From Burkholderiales bacterium (GTDB taxonomy: Bacteria > Pseudomonadota > Gammaproteobacteria > Burkholderiales > Burkholderiaceae_C): a stretch of 64,000 bases of DNA. Numbering within the stretch: position 1 is the stretch's first letter; every line of letters starts with the position of its first letter. The notes below the pieces were generated by a model that was not told where the DNA came from, searched no databases, and saw only the letters and a list, made by a program, of their open reading frames with translations. The position numbers and the translations under genes were made by a program. Positions 22,448 through 33,319 of this stretch are shown here, piece after piece. The stretch covers positions 5,888 to 69,887 of the forward strand of contig JBBQZG010000002.1 of the NCBI GenBank assembly GCA_038207945.1. The letters run 5' to 3'.

Positions 22448-23410
22448 TCAACCCAGTGGATTCACACCCGGCGCGAGGTGCGCCAGCGTGCCACCTTGCG
22501 CCAGCACTAGGCGTTGCAGCAACTGGGCTACCTGCTGCCCCAGATCGGCTGCACTGGCCAGATCGCTGACCTGACCGCTCAGGCTCACGCGCACCAAGGG
22601 CAAACGCCCCTCGGTGTCACCCCAGGCGGCATCGATCGTCAAGCGGTCTTGCACCAATGTGGCGTAGGCCGCCAGCGGCATGGAACAGCTACCGCCCATG
22701 GCACGACTCACCGCTCGTTCTGCCGCCACGGCCAGCCAGCTGGTGTGGTGCACCAGGGGCGCCAATGCCTCGATCACATCGGTACGGTCAGCGCGCACCT
22801 CAATACCGAGCGCGCCCTGGCCTGCAGCAGGCAGCATCACCGACGGCTCAAACGCTGCGCGGATACGACTCTGCAACCCCAGGCGCTTCAAACCAGCGGC
22901 TGCCAGCACGATCGCGTCATACAGGCCATCGTCGAGCTTGCGCAGGCGGGTGTCGAGGTTACCGCGCAGGGGCTCGATCTTCAGGTCAGGCCGCAGAGCG
23001 CGCAGCAAGGCCATGCGGCGCAGGCTGGACGTGCCCACCACCGCGCCTTGGGGTAAAACATCCAGACTCTCAAAGCGGTTGGAAACAAAGGCATCACGCG
23101 GGTCCTCGCGCGCCATCACGCAGGCCAGGCTGAAGCCTTGCGGCAATTCCATCGGCACATCTTTCAATGAATGCACGGCCAGGTCAGCGCGGCCTTCCTC
23201 CAGCGCCACCTCAAGCTCTTTGACAAATAGGCCTTTTCCACCCACCTGACTGAGGGCACGGTCCAGAATCTGGTCGCCCATGGTCGTCATGCCCAACAAC
23301 TTGACCTCATGGCCCATGCCGCCCAGCAGGGCTTGCACATGCTCGGCTTGCCACATGGCCAAACGGCTTTCGCGGGTTGCAATGGTGAAATGACCTTGAA
23401 TTTGACGCAT
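22448..23410 (-). CDS. hemC: Porphobilinogen deaminase
   Basis: [38 protein letters not shown]. Confidence 0.97.
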   Translation of the reverse strand: MRQIQGHFTIATRESRLAMWQAEHVQALLGGMGHEVKLLGMTTMGDQILDRALSQVGGKGLFVKELEVALEEGRADLAVHSLKDVPMELPQGFSLACVMAREDPRDAFVSNRFESLDVLPQGAVVGTSSLRRMALLRALRPDLKIEPLRGNLDTRLRKLDDGLYDAIVLAAAGLKRLGLQSRIRAAFEPSVMLPAAGQGALGIEVRADRTDVIEALAPLVHHTSWLAVAAERAVSRAMGGSCSMPLAAYATLVQDRLTIDAAWGDTEGRLPLVRVSLSGQVSDLASAADLGQQVAQLLQRLVLAQGGTLAHLAPGVNPLG

Positions 23411-23513
23411 ATTGACCGGCTCAAAGCCGTAACCTCTTTGTAATCTTGACTGAATCGAGAATGCTAGCATGGCTTTTGCTTAGTAAATTAGCCCATTGAC
23501 TCCGAGAACTGCC

Positions 23514-26363
23514 ATGACCAAGCCCACCTCTGCACCGCAAAAAAGCACGCTACTCAACACCGAGCGCCCGTTGGTCGAAGACATTCGCCTGCTGGGGCGC
23601 ATTTTGGGCGATGTGATTCGGGAGCAGGAAGGCGACGATGCCTTTGCGCTGATTGAGCAGATCCGCCTGCTTTCGGTGAGCTTTCGTCGCCATGCCGACC
23701 CGGTGGCAGACCGCACGTTGACCAAACTGCTGAAATCGCTCAGCGGCGATCAAACCGTCAGTGTGGTGCGGGCGTTCACCTATTTCAGCCACCTGTCCAA
23801 CCTGGCCGAAGACCGCCACCACATTCGCCGCAACGCCATTCACGCGCGCGCCGGCCACAGCCGCCCGGGCAGCATCAACACGACGCTGCAACGCCTGCAC
23901 AGCAAAGGCATCACGCCGCAAGCCATCAGCAACATGCTGGCGCACAGTTTTGTGTCACCCGTGCTGACAGCGCACCCGACGGAGGTGCAACGCAAGAGCA
24001 TTTTGGATGCCGAGCGCGCCATTGCCCAGTTGCTCACCGCGCGCGACGACATCCTGGCCCAGTCAGCAGCCAACAAAACGGCGCACGATGCCCTGACCCC
24101 GCGCGAACTGCTCCAAAACGAAGCCCAGCTGCGCGCACGCGTGCTGCAGTTGTGGCACACCCGCTTGCTGCGCTTTTCCAAGCTCACAGTGGCAGACGAA
24201 GTAGAAAACGCACTAAGCTATTACGAATCCACCTTTTTGCGCGAAATTCCCAAGCTCTACGCCAGCCTGGAGCTGGCTTTGGGTCCGCACCCGGTTCACA
24301 GCTTTCTGCGCATGGGCCAATGGATTGGCGGCGACCGCGATGGCAACCCCAACGTCAACGCCAAAACCCTCACCCATGCGTTGCGCCGCCAGAGCGACAT
24401 GGCTTTGCGACATTACCTGACGGAAGTGCACTACCTGGGCGGTGAGTTGTCCCTGTCGGCCATGCTGGTGGACTTCCCTGCCGAAATGCAGGCACTGGCC
24501 AACCACTCGCCCGACGCCAACGAACACCGCAAGGATGAGCCCTACCGGCGCGCCCTGATCGGTGTCTATGCCCGCCTGGCTGCGACCTTGAAAGCGCTCA
24601 GCGGGGGCGAGGCCGCACGCCACGCCGTGCCACCTCAAAACCCTTACCTCACACCCGAGGAGTTGTTGAGCGATCTGCGTGTGATCGAGTCATCCTTGCT
24701 GACCCAGAACGCCCAAGCCCTGGTGACACAGCGCCTGCAACCGCTGATCCGCGCGGTAGAAGTCTTTGGTTTTCATCTGGCCACGGTTGACCTGCGCCAA
24801 AGCTCGGACCAGCATGAGGTGGTGCTGGCCGAACTGCTGGCGACCGCCCGCATCACCCCACATTACGCCCAGCTGGATGAAACCCGCAAACGCGAACTGC
24901 TGATGCGGCTGCTGTGCGACGCCCGCCCGTTGCGCGTGATGGGTCATGAGTACAGCGCGCACGCGTTAAGCGAGATCGGCATTTTCGAGGCTGCCAAACA
25001 GATGCGCATGCACTTTGGTTCCCAGGCCATTCGCCACTACATCATCAGCCACACCGAAACTGTGAGCGACTTGCTTGAGGTCATGCTGCTGCAAAAAGAA
25101 GTCGGCCTGATGCGCGGCACGCTTGACACCCAAACCACCTGCGACCTGATCGTGGTGCCGCTGTTTGAGACCATTGAAGACTTGCGCAACGCCTCCGGCA
25201 TCATGCGCGAGTTTTACGCCCTGCCCGGCGTGCTGGCGATGGTGCAAGGTGGCGCAAAAGACCAATACGGCGAGCAGGACATCATGCTGGGCTACTCCGA
25301 CAGCAACAAGGACGGCGGCATCTTCACCAGCAACTGGGAGCTGTACCGGGCTGAAATTGCACTGGTTGACATCTTTGACAGCATCAACCAGACCACAGGC
25401 ACCGACCCGATTCAAATCCGCATGTTCCATGGCCGCGGCGGCACGGTGGGGCGTGGCGGCGGCCCCAGCTTTGAGGCCATTCTGGCGCAACCCCCCGGCA
25501 CCGTGCGCGGCCAGATTCGTCTGACCGAACAAGGCGAGGTGATTGGCTCGAAATACGCCAACCCCGAGATTGGCCGGCGCAACCTGGAAACGCTGGTGGC
25601 AGCCACATTGGAAGCCACGCTCCTGCACCCGACCCAGTCGGCCCAACCCGCCTTTCTGGAAAGTGCCGCAGAGCTGTCGTTGGCCAGCATGGCGGCTTAC
25701 CGCAAGCTGGTGTACGAGACACCGGGGTTCACCGAGTACTTTTTTGATGCCACGCCGATCCGGGAAATTGCCGAACTCAACATTGGTTCACGCCCGGCGT
25801 CGCGCAAAGCCACGCAAAAAATTGAAGACCTGCGCGCGATCCCGTGGGGTTTCAGCTGGGGTCAATGTCGCCTGACGCTGCCAGGCTGGTTTGGCTTTGG
25901 CACCGCCGTGGAAGCCTTCCTGAATCCGCCAGAGGCCACGCCCAAGCTCACCAAGCAACGCCTGGCCTTGCTGCGACAAATGCAAAAGCAGTGGCCGTTT
26001 TTCATCTCGCTGCTGTCCAACATGGACATGGTGATGGCCAAAAGTGACCTGGCGCTGGCCTCGCGCTACGCTGAACTGGTGGATGACAAACGCCTGCGCA
26101 AGAAAATCTTCGGTGCCATCGAGCTGGAATGGCACCGCACGGCGCATGCGCTGGAACTCATCACCGGCGACAAGCAACGCCTGGCCAACAACGCCGCGCT
26201 GCAACGCTCCATTCGCCATCGCTTTCCTTACATTGACCCCTTGCACCACCTGCAAGTGGAACTGGTCCGCCGCTACCGCGCCGGGCAAACCGATGAACGA
26301 CTCAAGCGCGGCATTCACATCTCGATCAACGGCATTGCAGCGGGTTTGCGCAACACGGGCTAA
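23514..26363 (+). CDS. ppc: Phosphoenolpyruvate carboxylase
   Basis: [38 protein letters not shown]. Confidence 0.98.
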   Translation: MTKPTSAPQKSTLLNTERPLVEDIRLLGRILGDVIREQEGDDAFALIEQIRLLSVSFRRHADPVADRTLTKLLKSLSGDQTVSVVRAFTYFSHLSNLAEDRHHIRRNAIHARAGHSRPGSINTTLQRLHSKGITPQAISNMLAHSFVSPVLTAHPTEVQRKSILDAERAIAQLLTARDDILAQSAANKTAHDALTPRELLQNEAQLRARVLQLWHTRLLRFSKLTVADEVENALSYYESTFLREIPKLYASLELALGPHPVHSFLRMGQWIGGDRDGNPNVNAKTLTHALRRQSDMALRHYLTEVHYLGGELSLSAMLVDFPAEMQALANHSPDANEHRKDEPYRRALIGVYARLAATLKALSGGEAARHAVPPQNPYLTPEELLSDLRVIESSLLTQNAQALVTQRLQPLIRAVEVFGFHLATVDLRQSSDQHEVVLAELLATARITPHYAQLDETRKRELLMRLLCDARPLRVMGHEYSAHALSEIGIFEAAKQMRMHFGSQAIRHYIISHTETVSDLLEVMLLQKEVGLMRGTLDTQTTCDLIVVPLFETIEDLRNASGIMREFYALPGVLAMVQGGAKDQYGEQDIMLGYSDSNKDGGIFTSNWELYRAEIALVDIFDSINQTTGTDPIQIRMFHGRGGTVGRGGGPSFEAILAQPPGTVRGQIRLTEQGEVIGSKYANPEIGRRNLETLVAATLEATLLHPTQSAQPAFLESAAELSLASMAAYRKLVYETPGFTEYFFDATPIREIAELNIGSRPASRKATQKIEDLRAIPWGFSWGQCRLTLPGWFGFGTAVEAFLNPPEATPKLTKQRLALLRQMQKQWPFFISLLSNMDMVMAKSDLALASRYAELVDDKRLRKKIFGAIELEWHRTAHALELITGDKQRLANNAALQRSIRHRFPYIDPLHHLQVELVRRYRAGQTDERLKRGIHISINGIAAGLRNTG

Positions 26364-26375
26364 GGTCCAAGGCGC

Positions 26376-27119
26376 TCACACCTTGCGCACCAACCCCCGG
26401 ACTGCGGCAAGTTGACGGCGCGAGACAAACAGCACCTCCTCCACGCCGTCAAGACGTACCGCCCAGCCTTCCCCTTCTTCAGGGTCATGGTGCTGCTCCA
26501 GCGCACGCACCGCACGCCGGGCCACCAGCGCATTGCGGTGAATGCGCAGGAAACGGCTTGCGTGGCGGCTTTCCAGCTCCGAGAGTGAGCCTTCAAGGAT
26601 GTAGCTGCGACCGGCCGTTCGCACGGTGATGTATTTCAACTCGGCCTTCAGGTACAGCACTTGCGCCAGCGGCACACGCAAGGTACGGCCTCGCTCCTGG
26701 ATCACCAGAACTTCTTGGGACAAATCGACTTCTAGCCCCTTATTTATATGCGTATACCGCTCTATTTTTTGTAGCGTTGATTGCAGCCGTTCAAGCCGTA
26801 CCGGTTTGGTCAGGTAGTCCAGCGCGTCCAGCTCGAACGCGTTGACCGCATGTTCGGCGTGGGCGGTGATGAACACCACCGCCACCGGGCACGGCATGGT
26901 ACGCAGGGTTTTCGCCAGCGCCAGCCCGTCCATGCCGGGCATGTGAATGTCTGCCAACACCGCATCCACCGCATGGTGCTGCAAAAATTCCACGGCCTGC
27001 ACGGCATTGGCAGCTTCACCGACCACACTGGCCGCAGGCCCGGTGCAGTCGGCCAGCAAGCTGCAAATGCGTTGACGCGCCAAGGTTTCGTCATCCACCA
27101 CCAGCACTCTGACGGTCAT
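26376..27119 (-). CDS. LytTR response regulator (AlgR-like)
   Basis: REC domain, FLRIHRNALV, VSRR; next to argH and hemC as for AlgZR. Confidence 0.92.
   Translation of the reverse strand: MTVRVLVVDDETLARQRICSLLADCTGPAASVVGEAANAVQAVEFLQHHAVDAVLADIHMPGMDGLALAKTLRTMPCPVAVVFITAHAEHAVNAFELDALDYLTKPVRLERLQSTLQKIERYTHINKGLEVDLSQEVLVIQERGRTLRVPLAQVLYLKAELKYITVRTAGRSYILEGSLSELESRHASRFLRIHRNALVARRAVRALEQHHDPEEGEGWAVRLDGVEEVLFVSRRQLAAVRGLVRKV
26715..26776 (+). repeat. ~65-bp AT-rich repeat, in-frame copy in the REC-LytTR linker
   Basis: AAATCGACTTCTAGCCCCTTATTTATATGCGTATACCGCTCTATTTTTTGTAGCG; encodes TLQKIERYTHINKGLEVDLSQ on the minus strand. Confidence 0.72.
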
Positions 27120-27138
27120 CGCACCACCTCTTTGTGTG

Positions 27139-28182
27139 TCATGCGGGCACCTCCATCCGGACCTGGAACACGCCGTCTTTCAAGCCACTTTGAAACTGTG
27201 CCTGCACGTCGTGCAACAAAACCAGGCGCTCCCGCACGTTGTCGAGCGCCAGCCCGCAGCCACGCGCGCTTTCCGCCGCTGGTGTGGTGTTGCTCACCTT
27301 AATCACCACGCGCGAACCCCGGCGCTGGGTGCTGACCTTGATGTCGGCGCCGCTGGTGCTGGGCTCCACGCCATGCTTGACGGCGTTTTCCACCAGCGGT
27401 TGCAATAACAGGGGCGGTAACCGGGCAGCGCTGGCGCGCTCGTCCAGCGCCCACTCCACCCGAATACGCTCACCAAAACGCACTTGTTCAATCGCCAGAT
27501 AGGCCTGTGCCAGCGCAATCTCATCGGCCAGCGTGACGGATTCGCCATGCGACATCAAGGCGGCACGAAACAGGTCGCTCAGGTCTTCCAGCAGGCGTTC
27601 CGCCTTGCGCGGTTCGGCCCGCACCAGTGAAATGGCGCTGTTCAAAGTGTTGAACAAAAAATGAGGCCGGATGCGCGCCTGCAATTCCGCCAGACGCGCC
27701 GCCGTGGCCGCTGGCGCCCGGCCCTTGGCGCGCAGAACCAGCGCCGCCACCAAAGCGGCGGACAGAAGCGCGCCAGCAAACGCGCTGGCCCACCAAGGTG
27801 CAGGTTCCAGCAAGCCCACCAAGGCCAGCACGCCACACCCATAAAGCCCCGCCAACGCCCCCAGTGCGATGCCAGCAGTTTGCTGCAACGACGGGCTCAG
27901 GCGCGCCAGGCCTCTTTTCAGGCTGCACGCCACAATCAGCCACAGCAGCGTGGCCGGCAAGGCACCACCGGTGATCAAGGAGAGCCGCGTCAACCACGCC
28001 AGCGGGGAGTCTGCGCCAAACATGGCCGCCACCGCCATCACCGTCTGTACAAACAGCACCGCACGCAACACCACGCCCACATGGCAGGCATCAAACACCA
28101 GCGCCGGTGGCCGCAGCGCGGCATCTTCAAGCGGCTGCGGGGTGGTGTCATGGAAGACCGATAAAATTTGGGTATCTTTCAT
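27139..28182 (-). CDS. LytS-type sensor histidine kinase (AlgZ/FimS-like)
   Basis: QARIRPHFLFNTLN, LQPLVENAVKHG. Confidence 0.92.
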   Translation of the reverse strand: MKDTQILSVFHDTTPQPLEDAALRPPALVFDACHVGVVLRAVLFVQTVMAVAAMFGADSPLAWLTRLSLITGGALPATLLWLIVACSLKRGLARLSPSLQQTAGIALGALAGLYGCGVLALVGLLEPAPWWASAFAGALLSAALVAALVLRAKGRAPAATAARLAELQARIRPHFLFNTLNSAISLVRAEPRKAERLLEDLSDLFRAALMSHGESVTLADEIALAQAYLAIEQVRFGERIRVEWALDERASAARLPPLLLQPLVENAVKHGVEPSTSGADIKVSTQRRGSRVVIKVSNTTPAAESARGCGLALDNVRERLVLLHDVQAQFQSGLKDGVFQVRMEVPA

Positions 28183-28273
28183 TCATCTGCCTGGTTCGTG
28201 ACTTGTTTTAGTCAGATTGGCAATTATTGATGATTCTCGGGCGCGCAAGCCCCTCACCTACCCGTACGCTGTG

Positions 28274-29725
28274 ATGAGCCAAAACCAATTCGACAAAAAA
28301 TCCAAAGCCTGGTCGGCACTATTTTCCGAGCCCATGAGCGATCTGGTCAAGCGCTACACCTCCAGTGTGTTTTTTGACAAGCGCCTGTGGCAGGCTGACA
28401 TTGCAGGCTCGCTGGCCCACGCGGCCATGCTGTCAGCGCAAGGCATCATCAGTGCACAGGATCTGGTCGACATTGAGCGTGGCATGGCGCAAATCGTCCA
28501 GGAGATCGCGTCTGGCGCGTTCGAGTGGAAGCTCGACCTGGAAGATGTGCACCTGAACATTGAAGCCCGTCTAACCCAACTCATTGGCGATGCGGGCAAG
28601 CGTCTGCACACTGGCCGCTCACGCAACGACCAGGTGGCCACCGATGTGCGGCTGTGGCTGCGCAGCGAAATCGACCTGATCAACGCGCTGCTGGTTGACC
28701 TGCAAAAGTCACTGATTGACGTTGCCGAGCAACATGTAGACGTGATCCTGCCCGGCTTCACCCACCTGCAAGTGGCGCAACCGGTGAGCTTTGGCCACCA
28801 CATGCTGGCCTACGTGGAAATGTTCAGCCGTGACGCTGAGCGCATGGCCGAGGTGCGTTGCCGCGTCAACCGCCTGCCGCTGGGTGCGGCTGCGCTGGCG
28901 GGCACCAGCTACCCGCTGGACCGCGAACGTGTGGCCAACGCCTTGGGCATGGTCAACGCCCTGGGTCAGCCGCAGGTCTGCCAGAACTCACTCGATGCCG
29001 TGAGCGACCGCGACTTTGCCATTGAGTTCACCGCCGCCGCCAGCCTGTGCATGGTGCACATCAGCCGCCTGAGTGAAGAACTGGTGCTGTGGATGAGCCA
29101 GAACTTTGGCTTCATCAAAATTGCCGACCGCTTCACCACCGGCAGCTCCATCATGCCGCAGAAGAAAAACCCTGATGTGCCTGAGCTGGCACGCGGCAAA
29201 ACCGGCCGTGTGGTGGGCCACCTGATGGGTTTGATCACCCTCATGAAAGGTCAGCCGCTGGCCTACAACAAAGACAATCAGGAAGACAAGGAGCCGCTGT
29301 TTGACACCGTGGACACACTCAAAGACACGCTGCGCATCTTCAGTGAAATGATCGGTGGCCAGACCAACCCGGAAAACGGCCAAAAGGAAGGTGGCATCAC
29401 GGTAAATGCCCAGGCCATGGAGCAGGCGGCATTGAAAGGCTATGCCACTGCCACCGACCTGGCCGACTACCTGGTCAAAAAAGGCCTGCCGTTTCGCGAC
29501 GCCCATGAAACCGTGGCCCATGCAGTCAAGGCGGCCATCACGCACCAGGTGGATTTGTCCGAATTGCCGCTGGCGGTGTTACAGGACTTCAATGCGTCGA
29601 TTGAGAAAGACGTGTTTGACTGTTTGAGCCTGCGCGGCTCGCTCAACGCCCGCGACATTTTGGGTGGTACCGCGCCCAAGCAGGTGCGCGCGCAAATCGC
29701 CCGGCACCGTGCCCGGCTGGTGTAA
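28274..29725 (+). CDS. argH: Argininosuccinate lyase
   Basis: [22 protein letters not shown]. Confidence 0.98.
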   Translation: MSQNQFDKKSKAWSALFSEPMSDLVKRYTSSVFFDKRLWQADIAGSLAHAAMLSAQGIISAQDLVDIERGMAQIVQEIASGAFEWKLDLEDVHLNIEARLTQLIGDAGKRLHTGRSRNDQVATDVRLWLRSEIDLINALLVDLQKSLIDVAEQHVDVILPGFTHLQVAQPVSFGHHMLAYVEMFSRDAERMAEVRCRVNRLPLGAAALAGTSYPLDRERVANALGMVNALGQPQVCQNSLDAVSDRDFAIEFTAAASLCMVHISRLSEELVLWMSQNFGFIKIADRFTTGSSIMPQKKNPDVPELARGKTGRVVGHLMGLITLMKGQPLAYNKDNQEDKEPLFDTVDTLKDTLRIFSEMIGGQTNPENGQKEGGITVNAQAMEQAALKGYATATDLADYLVKKGLPFRDAHETVAHAVKAAITHQVDLSELPLAVLQDFNASIEKDVFDCLSLRGSLNARDILGGTAPKQVRAQIARHRARLV

Positions 29726-29743
29726 TTCACAACCCACACCATC

Positions 29744-30409
29744 ATGACCACATCCTCTTTGCACACCTGGGTTGTTGCGGCAATATTCACGTTCTCGGCA
29801 TCGGCCGGGTTAGCGCAATCCGCCCAAGCTCGCGCCAGCGCCAACACCGATTTGTCAGCCCGCCTTGCCCAGGCCCAAGCCAATCCGCAACTGGCGACCG
29901 AATTGCTGGTGAAAGGCCGCCGGGCTGCAGCCGTGTGCGCCAATTGCCATGGTGAGGGCGGCAACAGTGTCAAGCCTGATTTCCCCAACCTGGCAGGGCA
30001 AAACTCGACCTATTTGCTGGAGCAAATGCGCCAGTTTGCCGATGGCCGACGTCGCTATGAGTTCATGGAAGGCATGATCAAAAGCATGACCAGCGATGAG
30101 AAAGTGGGTGTGGTGCTGTTTTACGCCTCGCAACCCGTCGCGACCCTGCCGTCCACCAACCCGGCATTGGCGGCCAAAGGCAAACAACACTTTGACAAAA
30201 TTTGCTTTCGCTGCCATGGCCAGGACGGCCACGGCAACGACACCTATGCCCGCATTGCGGGTCAGCAAAGCGCCTACCTGACCCTCACCCTCAAGCGTTA
30301 TCGCGGCGGCCAAGGCCCGCGCAACAACCCTTTGATGACTGACAACACACGCCACATGACCGACGCTGACATTGATGCCGTGGTCGCCTACGTGACCTCC
30401 CTGAAATAA
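29744..30409 (+). CDS. Dihaem cytochrome c4-type protein
   Basis: Signal peptide, CANCH and CFRCH, PNLAGQ. Confidence 0.9.
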   Translation: MTTSSLHTWVVAAIFTFSASAGLAQSAQARASANTDLSARLAQAQANPQLATELLVKGRRAAAVCANCHGEGGNSVKPDFPNLAGQNSTYLLEQMRQFADGRRRYEFMEGMIKSMTSDEKVGVVLFYASQPVATLPSTNPALAAKGKQHFDKICFRCHGQDGHGNDTYARIAGQQSAYLTLTLKRYRGGQGPRNNPLMTDNTRHMTDADIDAVVAYVTSLK

Positions 30410-30430
30410 CTTTTAAACAAACCAACTCCC

Positions 30431-30952
30431 ATGACCGATTCCACTCAAGCCACGCCCGAAGTCATCCCCCCCTACACCACTGGCTGGCGTCTTACCGCCA
30501 TCATCCTGATGGTCGTTGTGGCCGTCGGTGCGGCCACGGGCGTGGGCATGTATGAAATGTTCAATGCACAAATGACGCACCTGCAAGCCAAGCTCAAAAA
30601 CGTGCCACAAACCAAGTACGTTGCGGTATTGGTGGACAGTCAACAAGCCCCTGGCATGCTTGTCACATTCGATCCGCAAGACGGCCAACTGATGCTGCAA
30701 CGCCTCACCGACATTAAAGAGGGACAAAACGACAGCATGCAGTTGTGGGACAACAGCGACAGCGCCAAGCCGGTGTCGTTGGGTGTTCTGACACCCAAAA
30801 TCAGAACAGCACAACTTCCCATGACGGAAAAAAGTCTGTCAAAAGTGACTCAATTGGCCATCAGTGTGGAAAACCGTGGCGGTGCAGAAGCGGGTAAGCC
30901 GCCGCTGCTGCCCTACCTGTACGCAGGTGCTCTGGTGCAAAAAGCACTTTAA
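30431..30952 (+). CDS. RskA-like (anti-sigma-K) C-terminal domain membrane protein
   Basis: One TM; MQLW, PVSLGVL and LAISVENRGG resemble the RskA extracytoplasmic domain. Confidence 0.7.
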   Translation: MTDSTQATPEVIPPYTTGWRLTAIILMVVVAVGAATGVGMYEMFNAQMTHLQAKLKNVPQTKYVAVLVDSQQAPGMLVTFDPQDGQLMLQRLTDIKEGQNDSMQLWDNSDSAKPVSLGVLTPKIRTAQLPMTEKSLSKVTQLAISVENRGGAEAGKPPLLPYLYAGALVQKAL

Positions 30953-31023
30953 AAATCGGCTTTAGCGGCCCGGCAGTTGCAGTTGGGCAATAAAGCGATG
31001 GCGCCGCGACACCGGCCAAGGGT

Positions 31024-32127
31024 TCAATTCACCACGAGTTTGGCATCCGGTTGTGGTGCGGCCATGTGACCGATCTCTGCAACAGCGTCAAAACCAAACT
31101 GCCTGAACACCGCCATTACCTTGTCAACCTCTGACGGCGCACAGCTCACCAGCAGGCCGCCGCTGGTTTGCGGATCAGTCAACAGGGCCTGGTCGACCGA
31201 CGAAAAACCGGCTGGCAGACGCACCTCATGACCATAAGCAGCCCAGTTTCGGCCGGATGCACCGGTGATGCAACCCTGCTCTGCCAGCGCCCGCACGCCA
31301 CTCAAAAACGGCACGCTTTGCCAATCAATCTTCACCGTGCAGCTGGCGCCGCGCGCCATCTCCAGGGCGTGTCCGGCCAACGCAAAACCGGTCACATCGG
31401 TCATGGCATGCACACCGTCCAACGCCGCCAACGCAGGGCCAGGGGTGTTGAGCTGGGTAGTGACTTGCATCATCTGCGCGTAAGCTGCCGCATCGAGCTT
31501 GTCTTTCTTCAGCGCAGCCGACATCACGCCCACACCCAGGGGTTTTCCCAGAATCAGGCGGTCACCCACCTGTGCGCTGGCGTTGCGCTTGACCCGGCCA
31601 GGGTGCATCAGGCCAAGTGCCACCAGGCCATAAATCGGCTCGACCGAATCAATGGTGTGGCCCCCGGCAATCGGGATACCCGCAGCTCGGCAAACACTGG
31701 CACCACCGTCCAGAATCTTGCCAATGGTTTCCACCGACAACACAGCTATCGGCATGCCCACCAGAGCCAGCGCCATGATGGGCGTGCCGCCCATGGCATA
31801 CACATCACTGATGGCATTGGTGGCAGCAATGCGGCCAAAGTCAAACGGGTCGTCCACGATGGGCATGAAAAAGTCGGTGGTGGCAATCAGGGCCTGCTCA
31901 TCGTTGAGCTGGTAGACCGCTGCGTCGTCTGACGTTTCAATTCCCACCAAAAGCGCCTTGGGCAGTGGCATACCGCTGCTGCCTTTGAGAATACTTGACA
32001 GCACACCGGGGGCGATCTTGCAGCCGCAGCCCCCGCCGTGCGACAGGCTGGTCAGACGCGGCTCGGTGCGCGCGGGTGGGACGATGGCATCGGTGGCTTG
32101 GAAGCCTTGATTCGTGGGCGTGGTCAT
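31024..32127 (-). CDS. selD: Selenide, water dikinase (selenophosphate synthetase), Cys-type
   Basis: SHGGGCGCKI, DDAAVY, TTDFF, DPQTSGGLL. Confidence 0.96.
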   Translation of the reverse strand: MTTPTNQGFQATDAIVPPARTEPRLTSLSHGGGCGCKIAPGVLSSILKGSSGMPLPKALLVGIETSDDAAVYQLNDEQALIATTDFFMPIVDDPFDFGRIAATNAISDVYAMGGTPIMALALVGMPIAVLSVETIGKILDGGASVCRAAGIPIAGGHTIDSVEPIYGLVALGLMHPGRVKRNASAQVGDRLILGKPLGVGVMSAALKKDKLDAAAYAQMMQVTTQLNTPGPALAALDGVHAMTDVTGFALAGHALEMARGASCTVKIDWQSVPFLSGVRALAEQGCITGASGRNWAAYGHEVRLPAGFSSVDQALLTDPQTSGGLLVSCAPSEVDKVMAVFRQFGFDAVAEIGHMAAPQPDAKLVVN

Positions 32128-32275
32128 TTGAATGGTCAAAAATCTGTCAAAACTGCATTATCTGGTGCAGCACAGACAATCCATGCGACGCGAGCCGGCG
32201 CGTGACCCAAGCGCTTGACACTTGACCCTGGTGCCCGGTGCCGCCATACTCCCGACCACCTCATATGGGACCCCC

Positions 32276-33202
32276 ATGACCGACCAGCCTGCACTTGACA
32301 CCACCCCAACCGCCGCCGCTGCACCAACGCCCAGTTACCTGAGTGCACCACTGCCCCACATTGGTGCATGGACCCAGTATTTTCTGAATGCAGAAATTCC
32401 CGTGCTGGGCGCCACAGCGCAAGCCCTGGAAGAATTGCGTGCCAAAGAAGACGATGTGGACGCCAACATGCTGACCGCCGTCATTCAAGTCGACCCTCTG
32501 ATGACGCTCAAACTGCTGTCGCGCATGGCCAGCATGCGCCGCCCCGGCAGCAACACCGAGACAGAATCCATCACCACCGCGCTGGTGCTAATGGGTATTT
32601 CACCGTTTTTCCGGCATTTTGGCCCACAGCGCACGGTAGAAGACTGGTTGGTCGACCAGCCACAAGCGCGACAAGGGCTACACGAACTGCTGATTCGGGC
32701 CGAGCGCGGCGGGCAGTTTGCCCTGGGCTTTGCCGTGCACCGGGCTGACACCGACGCCACCATCATTCACCAGGCAGCTTTTTTGCATGACTTTGCCGAA
32801 ATGCTGATGTGGATCCATGCGCCAACACTGATAGTCAAAATTCGGGACGCGCAAGCGGCCGACAGCACCTTGCGCTCAAGCGCCATTCAGCGCGAGGTGC
32901 TGGGGGTGGAGATCAGTGACTTGCGCCAGTCACTCATGAAACTGTGGCGTTTGCCCGAATTGCTGGTCAGCATCAGCGATGAGCGGCATGCTGAACGCGC
33001 CAACGTGCAATGCGTGGTGCTGGCTGTACGACTGGCGCGCCACACTGCCAACGGTTGGGACAACGCAGCCCTGCCCGACGACTATGAAGACATTGCGAAA
33101 CTGCTCAACGCCTCAGTCAGGGTCACGCCATCGTTTTTGCACAAAATAGACCACCCGATTCTGGAGGCCGCCACGCTGGGCGGCAACGCCAAGCCCGACT
33201 GA
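32276..33202 (+). CDS. HDOD domain protein
   Basis: IPVL, DPLMTLKLL, AFLHDFAE, WRLPE. Confidence 0.85.
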   Translation: MTDQPALDTTPTAAAAPTPSYLSAPLPHIGAWTQYFLNAEIPVLGATAQALEELRAKEDDVDANMLTAVIQVDPLMTLKLLSRMASMRRPGSNTETESITTALVLMGISPFFRHFGPQRTVEDWLVDQPQARQGLHELLIRAERGGQFALGFAVHRADTDATIIHQAAFLHDFAEMLMWIHAPTLIVKIRDAQAADSTLRSSAIQREVLGVEISDLRQSLMKLWRLPELLVSISDERHAERANVQCVVLAVRLARHTANGWDNAALPDDYEDIAKLLNASVRVTPSFLHKIDHPILEAATLGGNAKPD

Positions 33203-33261
33203 ATGCTGGCCAAGTGTCTGGTGGCTTCTGCCCAGTCCATTGCAGTGATTGAACTTTTCAA

Positions 33262-33288
33262 TTGGCACTCACTCATACAGAGTGCTAA
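33262..33288 (+). promoter_or_regulatory. CIRCE operator (HrcA site) upstream of rpoH
   Basis: TTGGCACTC-N9-GAGTGCTAA, one mismatch to TTAGCACTC-N9-GAGTGCTAA. Confidence 0.88.
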
Positions 33289-33319
33289 TATTCAATATCA
33301 CGCAACAAGGAGTTCTGGC

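Noticed and set aside
30948-30972. Additional partial copy of the AT-rich repeat (TTAAAAATCGGCTTTAGC)
   Set aside because: Too short and lacks the terminal palindrome.
31024-32127. SelD as a selenoprotein
   Set aside because: Active-site motif is GCGCK with no in-frame TGA.
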